Assembly (NCBI RefSeq): GCF_006345805.1
Contig: NC_043009.1
Location: forward strand, 28,582,001 to 28,646,000
Direction: 5' to 3'
Length of the DNA: 64,000 nucleotides
DNA from: Octopus sinensis
Lineage: Eukaryota
Both the position numbers and the translations under genes were made by a program. Below, piece by piece: positions 24,936-39,391 of the stretch (position 1 is the stretch's first letter; each line of letters opens with the position of its first letter). Below the pieces are notes generated by a model. The model was not told the DNA's origin. It saw only the letters and a program-made list of their open reading frames with translations, and did not search any database.

Positions 24936-25445
24936 CTAGCAGTATCGCCCGGCGTTGCTCGGGTTTGTAAGGGAAATAACTATATAAGCATTTTTAGAGA
25001 GTTACTTCCCTTATAGATGCCAATTCGGGCTTTCTTAGCCATTTTTGTTTTGGTGTCTTCAAGCCATGAAGTCGTTGTTCTAAAAGAACACTGGTCTCCT
25101 TGACAACGCATTACGACGTTGATTTCTTTACACTCCCTTCCCCACAGCTTCACGAGGGAGGAAAGGGGGAGAAGCAAACAGGTGCAGCTGTGAGCATGGA
25201 CGCCAACTCCGCCACCATTGACACACGAAAGATTATGCATTAAAATGGAATAAAAAATGATGTTAAATTATTTTTAAAATCGTAGACTCATCGTTGACGC
25301 GCGCTAATAGCCAGACGGGCTCGATATGAATCACGACTATAAGATACCCGAATTTAGTTAAACTGCACCGCAAAATGTGGGAGGAGTTAGGAATCTAAAT
25401 CGAAGGGGACAGACACTCACACAACTAGAGTTTTATATATATAGA
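24936..25445 (-). mobile_element. Non-autonomous Helitron
   Basis: On minus strand starts TC(tatatata..), ends with GC hairpin cccgagcaacgccggg and CTAG; inserted between A and T, no TSD. Confidence 0.8.
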
Positions 25446-25469
25446 TATGACATATATATATACTGTATG

Positions 25470-25508
<39 letters not shown>

Positions 25509-25949
25509 AATTATATATATATATATATACACAAACACATACAAATATATATGCACACAGACACACATATATATTGTGGTTAATGGTTGCCGCTCATCTA
25601 CAAAAAATGGTAACTTATCTTTGCATCAATTCTGATTTTTTTTTGTTTATTTCACAATAAAAAGACGTTGAATCCTACAAATATGTTATTAGAATTTAAA
25701 ATGACTATCTGATGTAAACTAAATGTTTGCATACAAAATCAAAATTATTTAGATTAAAACCAATAATAATAAAAAAAAAAAAAACACAATACAATCTGGT
25801 TGCTATTTGTTTTCAAATTTAATAACAAACACTTAGTAATAATTAAGCCAAGTTTGAAGTTGTATATTTTACTTTTGATAAACATTTATGCCAGAGCAGT
25901 ATGTTCAGTAAAGTAGAATTATTATCATTATTGTTATTACTATTATTAT

Positions 25950-26170
25950 TAAGGCAGTGAGCTGGCAGAATTGTTAGTTGGCCAGCAAAATGCTTTGTGG
26001 TATTTCATCTGTCCTACATTCTGAGTTCAAATTCCGCCAAGGTTGACTTCGCCTTTCAGCCTTTCAGGGTCGATAAATAAAATACCAGTCAAATATTAAG
26101 ACTGATGTAATTGACTGGTCCCTTCCCACAAAATTTTTTCAGGCCTTGTGCCTAGAGTAGAAAGGATTAT

Positions 26171-26202
<32 letters not shown>

Positions 26203-26652
26203 TTATTACTACTAAGGCAGCAAGCTGACTGAATCGTTAGCACACTGGACAAAATGCTTAGCAGTATTCTGCCTGTCGCTATGTTCTGAGTTCAAATTCC
26301 ACCTAAGTTGTCTTTGTTTTTCATCCTTTTGGGGTTGATAAATTAAGTACCAGTGCTACATTAAGGTCGCTGTAATTGACTATCTCCCACACCCAAATTT
26401 CAGGCCTTGTGCCTATAATAGAAAGGATTATTATTATTATCATTAAAGCAGCGAGCTGGCTGAGTCGTTAGCTTAGTAGCATCTTGTTCTTCATTATATT
26501 CTGAGTTCAAATTCCACTGAGGTCGACTTTGCCTTTCATTCTTTCAGGGTCAATAAATTAAGTACCAGTTGAGTACTGGGGTTGATGTAATCAACTAGCC
26601 TGCTCCCCACCCCGAAATTGCTGGCCTTGTGCCAAAATTTGAAACCAATATT
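25950..26652 (+). mobile_element. Three head-to-tail copies of tRNA-derived SINE family B
   Basis: aaggcag..agctg..gaat.gttag...gagttcaaattcc...gcctttca...gataaattaagtaccag at about 25950, 26214, 26445, separated by (TTA)n. Confidence 0.85.
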
Positions 26653-26861
26653 CCACCCAGAAACAAGGATTAAGTTCCGTTGAAGTCCCCATCTTAATAA
26701 AGGACAAAGGTCAACTGCACATGTTGATGTTATTGCAGGGTCACACAACATAAAAGTGGATAAATCAAAGCTTATTAGGGGCTGTGATCCCAAGTGTGGT
26801 ACAGTGAAATGAATTTTGGTTCTTTGAAGAAAAAGAAGGATATGTAGATAAATGATTTCTT

Positions 26862-27272
26862 TGCTTTTGTTTTTTACTCATTTTAGTCATTAAACTGTGG
26901 CCATGCTGGGGCACTGTCTTGAAGAGTTTTTAATTGAATGATTTTCTTTAAGGCTGGCTACTTATTCTATCAGTCTCTTTTGGCAAATGGCTAAGTTACA
27001 GGGATGTAAACAAACCAACACTTGTTATCAAGTAGTGGTGGGGAACAAGTACAGACACAAAGACATACACACACAACACACACACACATACATGCACATG
27101 CACACACATATATGAGCTTCTTTCAGTTTCCACCAACAAAATCCACTTACAAGGCTTCGATGAGTCTAAAGCCATAAAAGAAGACACTTGCCCAAGGTGT
27201 CACACTGTGGGACTGAACCTGAAGCCATGAGGTTGGGAAGCAAGCTTCTTACCACACAGCTACACTTGTGCT
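26862..27272 (-). mobile_element. SINE family A
   Basis: Shared motifs with other family A copies. Confidence 0.8.
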
Positions 27273-27297
27273 TGTCTATTTTTTAGAAATACTTTTG

Positions 27298-27592
27298 GTA
27301 GCACATGGCCTTGTGATTCGGGTATTTTGCCCACAATTCTAAGATTGTGGTTCCAACTCATGGACCAGATGGTGCACTGTGTTCTTAAGCAAGACATTTC
27401 ACGTTGCAGCATTCAACTCAGCTGGAAATGAGTTCTAGTAATGCTTGGAGAGTTAACCCTGCAAGGGACTGGTGTCGTGCTCGGGGTGAGTATAGTACTC
27501 TCTGTCACTTGTATGGCATGGAAATAGGGTCCAACTCTGGCCTTACAAGTTCCGGGGCTCTGGACAGGTTCCCAATACTTTTGCCAGACTAG
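27298..27592 (+). mobile_element. tRNA-derived SINE (family C-like)
   Basis: A/B-box-like head, gtgttcttaagcaagacatttcacgttgc core. Confidence 0.55.
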
Positions 27593-27697
27593 TTTCAACT
27601 TTGGTAGGCTGACCTTTTGACAATAAAACCATCGTGTATCTAATCATACGACTCATACCAGTATGAAAGTGAAAAGAAAAAAGAAATGGATGCACAT

Positions 27698-27741
<44 letters not shown>

Positions 27742-28289
27742 TTGATGATGATAATGGTGGTGGTGGTGGTTGTGGTGGTGGTGGTGGTGGTGTGTTTGAA
27801 CATCTGCCATAAGGTTATTTAACAAATGAAATATACAGTGAAGCATACATTCATAGATCTGAAGATATTCATCCAATTTTTCATTGTTTTTTTTTTGTTT
27901 GTTTGTTTTTTGTCTACCATTACGTATTACAGCATTTGAAATTGTTTTTGTTTTGTATATTTTTTTAATCTAAATTATTTCGCTTTTGTATGCAAATTTC
28001 TATTTTCATCAGATATTTAATATAATTTCTGATGATATCATGATATGATTTAAAGTCTTTTTCTACAAAATAAAATTGCAATTTTTAATCAAATTTATCT
28101 CTAAAATATGGATGTCAAATTACAAACTAGTTTTGTTTAATGTCTGAGAAAGTATACTTTACCATTATATTTGTGTAGATAATGGCTAGATACATGAATG
28201 TTTTGTTTCAAACCATCTTCGGTCTATCTGTTCTAATAGACGGACTGTCTACAAGAGACAAGAAAATTTCAATATCTGAGCTCAATAAA

Positions 28290-28505
28290 GTGGTGGCCTG
28301 GCAGAATTGTTAGAAAAAACAGCAAAATGCTAAGTGGCATTTTGGCTGTCTTCATGTTCTGAGTTCAAATTTCACCAAGGTTGACTTTGTCTTTCATCCT
28401 TTCAGAGTTGATGAAATAAACAGCAATTGTGCACTAGGTTGAAGTAATTGACTCAGCCCCAGCTTCTAAAATTGCTGGCCTTGTGTCAAATATTGAAACC
28501 AAAAT
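28290..28505 (+). mobile_element. SINE family B
   Basis: ctggcagaattgttag...gagttcaaat...ctttcatcctttc. Confidence 0.75.
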
Positions 28506-29099
28506 CATTTACATTTATAAGGCACTGAGATGACACATGAAGAGTGAGGGTACTACATATTTCCCCTAAGAGGAATGAGATGGATTGTCATGGCTGGAAT
28601 GTCTTAGCTTATATATATATCTGCAGAATCAGGACTGACCTGTGGTTAAAACAACAACAACAACAGTAGCAGCAGCAGTAACAACAACAACAAGTACAGC
28701 AAAATGTTTACAACATAGCAAAATGTTTTGACTTTGATTATCAGATTTATAATTCCCAAGAGATTTCAGAAGCCCCTTAAGGGAGTCATTACAAGTGGGG
28801 GAAAAAAAGGGCATTTCTAAGGGGCTGCTAGATTTATTATTGTCCCTATGGAATTGGGTATGTTATTATCTTCCTCTTTTTTTTCATGTGTATGTGTGTG
28901 ACTCATTCCTCTGTGGTAAGGATATAGAATAGGGGGAAGGTGTGTGGGGTGTGAGGTGGGGGTGAGATGACTTATAGAACAAAGGAAGCAAGGCAGTAAT
29001 AATATTTAGAAATCACAAATAGTGATGTTGACGAGATAAACCATTGTCCTCCTATGGATGTTCCCTTATTGATCATGGGATGAAAACATCAATTTTATA

Positions 29100-29435
29100 G
29101 GGTATCATCGTCATCGTCGTCGTCGTCGTCATCATTGTTGTTGTTGTTGCCATTGTTGTCGTCATCATAAATCATTTTTATAATCATCATCACCATCATG
29201 GCCATCACACTGGTCATCATCATTGTTGTCATCATCACCATCATCGTCATTGTCGTCATCATCATCATAGTCATCATCATCGTCGTCGTCATCATCATCC
29301 TCCTCCTCATCATCATCATCGTTGTCGTCGTCATCGTCATCATCATCATCATTATCATCGTCATCGTCATCATCATCATCAACATCATCATCGTCGTCAT
29401 CGTCATCATCATCATCGTCATCATCATCATCATTG
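29100..29435. repeat. (CAT/CGT)n microsatellite
   Basis: Direct. Confidence 0.9.
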
Positions 29436-29574
29436 TTGTTTATAGTCGTCTATAGCCATGGCTATATAAGAAGTCACTTGCCCTAGGTGCCATGCAGTGG
29501 AACTGAACCTAGAACCATGTGGTTGTGAAGCAAACTTCATGCCTGTACCCATGTATACATTTAAATATATATTC

Positions 29575-30158
29575 CTTTATTCTTTTATTTGTTTCAGTCT
29601 TTTGACTGCGGCCATGCTGGAGCACTGCCTTTAGTCAAACAAATCAACCTGAGGACTTATTCTTTGTAAGCCTAGTACTTATTCAATTAGTCTCTTTTGC
29701 CAATCTGATAATGTTAAGGGGATGTAAACACACCAACATTGGTTCTCAAGCAATGGTGGGGGGACAAACACAGACACACAAAAATATTCAAATGCATATA
29801 TATATATTTCTTTATTGCCCACAAGGGGCTAAACATAGAGGAGACAAACAAGGATAGACAAAGGGATTAAGTCAATTACATCGAACACAGTGCATAACTG
29901 GTACTTATTTAATCGACCCTGAAAGAATGAAAGGCAAAGTTGACCTCGGTAGAATTTAAACTCAGAATGTAATGGCAGACAAAATACCGCTAAGCATTTC
30001 ACCCAGTGTGCTAACGATTCTGCCAACCAAATCCACTCACAAGGCTTTGGTCGGTCCAAAGCTATAGTGGAAGACACTTGCTCAAGGTGCCACACAGTGG
30101 GACTGAACCCAGACCCATGTGGTTTGTAAGTAAGCTACTTACCACACAGCCACTCCTA
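29575..30158 (-). mobile_element. SINE family A interrupted by a SINE family B copy (29806-30025)
   Basis: Family A 3' half, then family B, then family A 5' half, all on minus strand. Confidence 0.75.
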
Positions 30159-30223
30159 TATTTATATATATGTAATACATATATGTATATATATATATGC
30201 CTTGTTGTACCATTTATCTACTT

Positions 30224-30254
<31 letters not shown>

Positions 30255-30514
30255 TATATATATCTGTGTATGTGTGCATGTGTGTGCATGGAATGGGCTT
30301 CTTTTAATTTCCTTCTCCCAAATCCACTCACAAAGCTTCCATTGACCCAGAGCTCAAGTGCTCTTGATTGAAACTAAAACCAGTATAATCAAAAATTCTG
30401 AATAACATGGTCTTGAACTGATGACTAAAGTTCATGAACTTGGAAGTTACCAAAGTTGAGATCAAGACAGAAAGCTTGAAAACTTTCTGAAATACATTTC
30501 TTCACCATCCTTAC

Positions 30515-30720
30515 TATTTAACGCCCGTTTTCCATGCTGGCATGGGTTAGATGGCTTGATAGTTGCTGGTGCCTCTGTGGATTTTGCCAAAATCAAATGC
30601 CCACTTCTTTGGAATTGCATCAACAGCTAGATGCCCTTCTTAATGCAAACCATTTTACTACAAGTACTGGGAGCTTTTTTATGTAGCATCAGCACCAGTG
30701 AAGTCACAGAGTAACTTGCA
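30515..30720 (-). mobile_element. RTE-type 3' tail fragment
   Basis: tttaacgcccgttttccatgctggcatgggtt...gatgcccttc. Confidence 0.7.
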
Positions 30721-30868
30721 AGACAAAGGCTCCTCACTGAAGATGATGGGTGGAGTTGTATTGAGGGCAGTGGCCTTGTGCCAGGAGATGAGAGGTTAAA
30801 AAGTATGACAGAGCAGCAAAGGAAGGGGCCTTGCTGTAGAGGAAATATATCACAGTTAGAAGATGGAG

Positions 30869-30915
<47 letters not shown>

Positions 30916-32260
30916 AGAAAAGATTGAAGTGAAGATGCATCAGAGTGTACCCCAAGTTACAAGGTGGTACCTCTGTATTTAAGTAAAGTCATACACAAGA
31001 CTGAACTGGATGAATTGGCAGAGAAGTTCACAAGAGGATGATGAGAGAAATGAAGAAGGAAGGGGAATAGAGTGCATGGTGAATAGGTGAAGGGGAGAAG
31101 ATTTAGAAGATGAGCTTTTGGAAAGGGATTTGTAAGGGACAGATGGTGTGCAGGGGTATAGACATAAACTACATGCCTTTAGGGTCTTACTTTGGCTTAG
31201 ATGAATGGGTATTCTCAAGCACATCAAATCAATGTTAATTAACCTAATAAAGATTAATTAATTAACATGAACATGACTTCTATTTACTGTAAATGTGACA
31301 TCTCAGTTTTACAATTAACAGTTCACTGAAGACTGGGTCATTTGATTCATCAGCATCATTTTCTCATCAATAATATCTGTATAATTCTAACCCCAAACTT
31401 TCTTTTACTGCCGTTGTTGTTTTTGTTAATCTTTTTATTTTAGCCCCAGGATACCTTGAATGAACGAGAACATGATCAGAGGTATTCCGACTATGACCCT
31501 CTTGTTTTATTTCTATCTTCAGGACACTCTAAGGTCACATTATCCCAAAAATCTTTTTCGAAAATAATATAGCTAACCCCCCCTCCTCCTCCTCCTCACC
31601 ACCACCACCAACACTGGCTAAGCAAACCTGTGATCAAAAATATTCCATCATGACCATCCTGTCTTTTACTGTCATGCAAGAATACAACACAAATTTCAAA
31701 ATATCTGGGGAGTTTTTTAATATATATAATGGGCATAATTTGAGAGAGATTCAGCTGCTATTTCCAGCTAGTTATGTAACTGCATTTAGGTGTTATGGAT
31801 TAAAAGAAGGGATAACTTCTATCAAAAGATATGAAGTTGGCACCGCATGCGTCTGAGGTTTAAGACTTATTCTGGAAAAAAAAAACCTGAAGCTCAAATT
31901 TATGATGGCTTCACTGGATGCTGTCATTTTAGAGATGGCGTTTATGATGAAGAATGACAATTAAATTAACCAGATTGAAAAGAAAATAGTTCTGTTTGTT
32001 CTATACATGTGTGTGCGTGTGTATGCATGCGTGTATGTGTGTGTGTGTGTGTAGTTACACACTTATATATATGCGAGTGAATGCATATATTTTGCCTGAC
32101 GTGCTAATGATTCTGCCAGATTGCCACTTTAACAATAATAATAATGATAACAATAATAATGATGATAACAAGAAAAATAATAATAATGATAATAATAATA
32201 ATAATTATAATAATAATAATAATAATAATATATACATATATATATGTAGATATATATATA

Positions 32261-32312
<52 letters not shown>

Positions 32313-32515
32313 CAGATATATATGTATGTATATATGTATATTTGCATTAATATATAAGTATGTAAATTTATGTATATGCACACATATACATATGTGTGTA
32401 TATTTACATATTTATATCATTGATTTAACACTTACTTTTTCCATATAAATAGATTGCTTGATATATATATATATTATATATATATATATATTATATATAT
32501 ATATATATATATAAA

Positions 32516-32576
<61 letters not shown>

Positions 32577-33054
32577 ATACACTTATATAGAAACATATAT
32601 GCACACACACACATATATATATTATATATATATATATATATATGCTTTCAGAGAAAACACCTTCAACCAAATCTTCTATTTCTACAAATTATATTCGCAA
32701 TATCATTGGTAAAGGAAAATCACAGGAAGAATACTTTCAAAAAAAAAAAAGAGAAACTTGTCTAAAAAGACAAGTCTCTTTAGCCATTGTTCCGTTTTAT
32801 CTTGTCTCCAAGAACAATGCTGATAACAATCTAATTAACATTTGATGTCACACTAAACTATACCTATTGTCCAACTCTCTTTTGTAGCAGTCTCTCTACA
32901 AAGCAATTTTCATAGCTTGTGTCTGCCCATTCACGCATGCTTTGTTACAGATTGTTACAAAGAGATGTGACTGAAATTCTTTGAATATTCCATTTTTAGC
33001 TTCCTTGGCTCTCTCTTTTACATCTTAAGAATGCAGATTCCATTCAGATATGTA

Positions 33055-33090
<36 letters not shown>

Positions 33091-33251
33091 TATATATATA
33101 TTATATATATATATATAGATAGATAGTAAAACAGAAAAATGGATTGATATATATATATATAGATATATATATATATATATATACGTATATGTATATATGT
33201 ATATAAATATGTAAATATGTATATATATATGTACGTGTATGTATATATCTA

Positions 33252-33289
<38 letters not shown>

Positions 33290-33300
33290 TATATATATAT

Positions 33301-33363
<63 letters not shown>

Positions 33364-33412
33364 TACACACATATATATAGATAAATAGATAGATAGATAT
33401 ACATACATACAT

Positions 33413-33445
<33 letters not shown>

Positions 33446-33825
33446 GTGTATGTATGGGTGTATATACATATATATGTCTTGTTTTTATTTTCTTCTTGTT
33501 GCTATTGTTGTTCATCTTCTCGAACTTATTTTCTCCCTCCTCTCCTTCATCATTATCATAATTATTAATGTTATTATTTTTGTTGTTGCCGTTGTTATTT
33601 AGCTTCATTTTTGAAGAATGCTGTTAATCATATCCATTGTATTTACTGGTCAATAATTCAGTTTGTTTTGGACAATGCCATCAAATTGATTTCTTCTTTT
33701 CCAATCAGTGATTTCAGTAGACATTGACTCAAAGGTTTTTCATTTGTCCAGCCAAAAGCATGCTTTCTGTACTCTATCATTTTGAAATTACATGGCTCAA
33801 AGTGTATGGAATGCTGATTCATAGA

Positions 33826-34455
33826 TTTTTCTAAGTGTAAATCCAAAATTGCACTAAACAAAACCATGGAGCAATTTGGTATTATGTACATATATAACCC
33901 ATTTTGTAATCATATTTGTTATCAGTTGAAATACATTAATTTTGTTTCAGTTAATTCTAAAATTAACGAAGAATTAAACACTTGATTTGAGGAGGCAAGT
34001 GAAGTTTTTGTCATGGCCGATGACAGTACCGCTTGATTGGCACCCATGCCAGTGGTATGTGGAAAGCACCATTTGAGCATGGTCATTGCCAGTGCCACCT
34101 GACTGACTCCCATGCTGGTGGCTTCTAAAAAGTACCATTCAAGTGTGGTCATTGCCAGTGTCACCTGACTGGCTCTTGTGCCAGTGACACATAAAAAGTT
34201 CCATCTAAGCATAGCCGTTGTCAGTGCTGCCTGACTGGACCTTCTTGCTGGTGGCATGTAAAAAGCACCCACTACACTCTTGGAGTGGTTGGCACTAGGA
34301 TGCTTTTTCTAAGTGTAAATCCAAAATTGCACTAAACAAAACCATGGAGCAATTTGGTGTTATGTACATGTATTACCCATTTTGTAATCATATTTGTTAT
34401 CAGTTGAAATACATTAATTTTGTTTCAGTTAATTCTAAAATTAACGAAGAATTAA
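33826..34455. repeat. ~152-bp direct repeat (33826-33977, 34304-34455) flanking a copy of 35542-35872
   Basis: Direct sequence comparison. Confidence 0.85.
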
Positions 34456-34495
34456 TTTTGTCGTTTTTAATCTGATGTATGGAACATAATACAAT

Positions 34496-35000
34496 TTTAG
34501 AAAATTACTATTTTTAAATCTCACAACATGAGATATTCAGCAACAGTACTTTGTAGTAAAGATTGTTTGCCAATATAACATGGCAGTCCTGGTTTAGGAT
34601 GAATGTTGCTGTAATTTAGCCCCATGTTAAGTTGGCAAACAATCTTTACTACTAAGTACTGTTGCTGAATATCTCTCGTTATGAGACTTAAAAATAGTAA
34701 TTTTCTAATTTATAGATAAATAACTAGTTGTCGCTTTGAAGACTATATATTTCAAATGAGAATTTGGTGCTGCCACCTCTAGCTGAACAATTATTCTGTG
34801 CTGAAGAAGAGAAATAACCCAGAAATCACAATACACAGATATTGTTTTGAGGTGAGTGGGGTGCTAGATTCCCTTGTCCGAAAATATAAGGATGCAGATC
34901 GTGTCGTATAGTCAGCTGGAGACAATGTCTCCTGGGGCTAAATTACAGCAACATTCGTCCTAAACCAGGACTGCCATGTTATGTTGGCAAACAATCTTTA
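34496..35000. mobile_element. Penelope-like pLTR remnants in inverted arrangement
   Basis: 34496-34583 inverted at 34622-34708; 34558-34624 inverted at 34933-35000; hammerhead at 34795; same family at 55560-55826. Confidence 0.6.
34795..34839 (+). ncRNA. Decayed minimal hammerhead ribozyme
   Basis: TCTGTG-CTGAAGA-agagaaataaccca-GAAA-tcacaa-TA-CACAGA: perfect stem I and core; stems II and III eroded. Confidence 0.6.
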
Positions 35001-35544
35001 ATATGATTTTAATGGAAGAGAGAGAAAGAGAGAGAGAGAAGGAGAGGGATAACAAGAAGAAGGTGATGGTGATGATGATGATGACGAAAAAGGAGGTGTA
35101 GAAGAAGGAGGAAGAAGAGAAGAAGAAAATGGTGGTTTATCTTCAGTATTGGACTGGTATTATATTTAGTGACCCTAAAAGGATTAAAGGTGTTGTTGAC
35201 CTCCATGGAATGTGAACTTAGAGCACAACGAACTGGAGCAAATACCACCAGGTTTTGTATCTGATGTTCTAATAAGTCTGCCAATTTAACATCTTGATGT
35301 AGATGACATGAAAATTCTTCAAATATTCCATATTTTTCAGTATCAAATTGGTAGAATTGGTCGTGTCCTGAAGAAAACAGCTTACATTATTTTTTCAGTT
35401 TAAGGTGGCAAGCTGGTAGAACTTGTAGCATATCGGACATTTCATGCATAGCAGCATTCCATGCATCTTCACATTCTGAGTTCAAATTCTGCTGAAATTC
35501 AATTTGTCTTTCATCATTTTGGCATTAATAAAATAGATACCAAT

Positions 35545-35960
35545 TAAACACTTGATTTGAGGAGGCAAGTGAAGTTGTTATCATGGCTGGTGACAGTACC
35601 GTTTGATTGGCACCCATACCGGTGGTATGTGGAAAGCACCATTTGAGCATGGTCATTGCCAGTGCCACCTGACTGACTCCCATGCTGGTGGCTTGTAAAA
35701 AGTACCATTCAAGTGTGTTCATTACCAGTGCCACCTGACTGGCTCTCATGCCAGTGGCACATAAAAAGCATCATCTAAGCATGGCCGATGCCAGTGCTGC
35801 CTGACTGGGCCCTCATGCTGGTGGCATGTAAAAAGCACCCACTACACTCTTGGAGTGGTTGGCATTAGGATGGGCATCCAGCTGTAGAAACTTTGCCAGA
35901 TTGAATTGGAGCCTGGTACAGCCTTCAATCAAACCATCCAACCCATACCAGCATGGAAAG
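35545..35960 (+). mobile_element. RTE 3' UTR fragment (internal ~60-bp repeats)
   Basis: Repeated gccagtgccacctgactg...aaaagcacc units and the RTE terminal motif. Confidence 0.75.
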
Positions 35961-36957
35961 CTGTCTTTATTGTGCTTAATCTCCCTGGGGACTACAATAA
36001 GGGAACAAGTGTCTGAGGAGTGCTTGGCATGTTAATTTCCCAAGCAAGCTGTTTGTTGAGCAGATTAAGTGGAGCCCTTGTTTTCATAATCTACAAATTG
36101 TCAGAAAGTCCCAACATGGGTAAATGTTTTCAAGAAGTACAAAGCATGAAACAAAGTTCATCAGGTAGTTTGTACTATTATAAAATTCCAGGTAATTTTC
36201 CATTAAGCATACCATTCAGAAAGAAATGCTGGCTGCAGATTGCCTGCAACTGCTTTAGACATTTTTCAAAATTTTAATAAAATTGCATTCAACATTTTAG
36301 CTTCAAAACCAGGCAGAGAATGTATTTGTTGAAAACTTATTGAAAACTTTGAAAATTCCTTAAGTTATATACCAATTGTGATGTATAAATAAATTAGAAG
36401 CACTAAACATCAGATTTATAATTTAGGAAGCCAAAACCAAAACCAAAATAATGCCAAATTATTTTCTATAACTCTTTCTGCTGTTATTTACTTATTTTCT
36501 TATTTATTTTGTTTTGCGTTATTTTGTATAATATTCTCTATTTTACCAATTCTAAGTTGATTGATGTTCACATCCTTGAGAATATTCCGGTAGTTTTAGA
36601 GAGGGAAATCTTCAAGAAATATTAACAATACAAATGCTTCTAAAGATATTTCTTGGCCATATATGACATATGAATAATAGAAAATTTGCAGGAAATTTTG
36701 TGCTTACATATGCAGTTCATGTTTAAAAATCGCTCATTCAAAATTCATACGCCAAGTTTTACTAAAATGGCATTGAGCATTTTATAGAACTTCACCATCA
36801 CGAAAACGATTATGATGACGATGATGATGATGATGATAACGATGATTGTGATGATGACGGGGTGGTGGTGGAGTTTGTGGTAACAATACTAACAACAAAA
36901 TGATAATGATAGCAATATAACAATAATAGCAATAAGAATAATAAGGATAAGGATTGA

Positions 36958-36958
36958 T

Positions 36959-37006
<48 letters not shown>

Positions 37007-37110
37007 CAATGACAATAACAATAATAATGAAAATAATAATAATAATAATAATAAAAATAATAATAATAATAAGGAAAATAATAATGATAATAATAAAAAT
37101 GATGATGATG

Positions 37111-37141
<31 letters not shown>

Positions 37142-37151
37142 TAATAATAAC

Positions 37152-37222
<71 letters not shown>

Positions 37223-37312
37223 TAATAATAATGATAATAATAATAATGATAATAATAATAATAATAATGATAATGATGATGATGATGATGATGATGATGA
37301 TAATGATGATGA
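36958..37312. repeat. Compound (GAT)n/(AAT)n microsatellite
   Basis: Direct. Confidence 0.95.
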
Positions 37313-37880
37313 TTGTGACTAGAAACTAATCTAAAGTTATATTTTATGAAAGACTTTACGAAATATTCTTTTTTCTATCATCTATGACACAAAACTGTGC
37401 AATGGAATGAAAGATGATGTAACATTTCCTTGCTTTTAAGGTTTCAATTTAGAAATAAAAAAAAATTAGTTGTGTTCAGAAGTGTGTAGAAAGAAATGCC
37501 AAAAAAAAAAGAAAGAAAATTTAAATAATAAAACCAAACAACAAAAACATAAAAAAACAAAGTGGATTAAGAAGAGGTGCAAGGACCAAAAGAATATCTG
37601 CGTTTCTACTCCTTCCTCTGCCCCCTGTTCTTCCACCTCATCACCATCATGGCTGCTGTCATCGTCGTCATCATCATCGTTGTCATCATCATCATTTTCA
37701 TAAGCCAACATTTTAGCTTCCATATTTGTCCATATTGGCAAAGATTTTTCTCAGACATTATATTGGGTGTTTTTTTTTTTTCATAATGGCTTCTTTATGA
37801 AATTGTTTCTTTTTGAATTTTAAAATGCAGATACTTTCCTTCTCTCTTTCCAACTCTGCCTCTCCTTGTGTGCGTGTGTG

Positions 37881-37944
<64 letters not shown>

Positions 37945-38028
37945 TGTATACATATAAAGATATATATATATATAATTATATATTTATATATGCATATAGA
38001 CATACACACACACACACACACATATATA

Positions 38029-38062
<34 letters not shown>

Positions 38063-38316
38063 AATGTATATACATATATACATATTGGTATATCTCTATC
38101 TATTTATACATACACACACCTAAACTCTTATCTAAGATGTATGATTATAATTTTATGAATGATAGAAATCTGCAAAAGAGACCCGATAGAATAAGTACTG
38201 GGCTTACAAATAAGTCTGGGGTCGATTGCTCGACTAAAGGTGGTGCTCCAGCATGGCCGCAGTCAAATGACTGAAACAAGTAAAAGAGAGAAAGAGAGTA
38301 TATATGTATATATGTA

Positions 38317-38383
<67 letters not shown>

Positions 38384-38895
38384 ATTAATGAGAGAAGGAA
38401 GATGGAAAATTTGAGAAAGTTTATTGATTTCTACAATTGCTTTTACGCATCTAGCATCAATCCTTCACAGGTGGGATACTGTACTCCTGATTTAGGTGTA
38501 TCTGTTGGTGTAGATGTGTCTCCTCAGGGGATTACATGATGTATCTCCATAAAGTAACATGTGTTCCATAAATTTCATTCTTGGTGTTTGTATACAAAAG
38601 CAGCAAATTTAGGGGTACAGCTTCATTATTATAGAAGATTAATAACAAGTATCAGATGCAAAAAGAAACAGATAAACAATACAGCAAAAAAATGTGTGTG
38701 TCTGTCTATATTTGTCCCTCACCATGGTTTCACAACTGAAGTGTTTATGCCCCTGAAATTTAGCAGGCTTAAAAGAATAAGTACTGAATTAATTTTTTGT
38801 GGTAGTGCTCCACGATGATCACGGTTTAATGACTGAAACAAGAAGAATATAATACATACATACATACATATATATACATATATATACATACATAC

Positions 38896-38949
<54 letters not shown>

Positions 38950-39391
38950 ATATATATATATACACAGTTGTGACTGTCTGGTAAGTAGCTTGCTCACCAA
39001 CCACATGGTTCCTGGTTCAGTTCCACTGCATGGCACCTTGGGCAAGTGTCTTCTACTATAGCCTCAGGCTGAACAAAGCTTTGTGAGCGGATTTGGTAGA
39101 TGGAAACTGAAAGAAGCCTGTCATATATATATATATATATATTTTTTTTTTTTTAACAATTGAGGATAAAATCTTTAAAAGAAATTATCAGTAGTCAGCG
39201 TGAAAAACCTCGTAAGAGAAAAAATCCGTAAAATCTTCCTCTTTGAAAATATTCATTTATATTATATTGAGGGTACTACTATTCGTAGATACCAACATGC
39301 TAAGAGGGACCAATGCGGTCAAAACTACTAAAATAAACAAAATTTTACCGAATGCAAAACTTCAAAACACATCATTTTAAAAAAGAATTCA

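Noticed and set aside
37466-37741. Acidic minus-strand ORF (DDDD...EEQGAEEG)
   Set aside because: Built on a (GAT)n repeat; no clear splice sites or recognisable domain.
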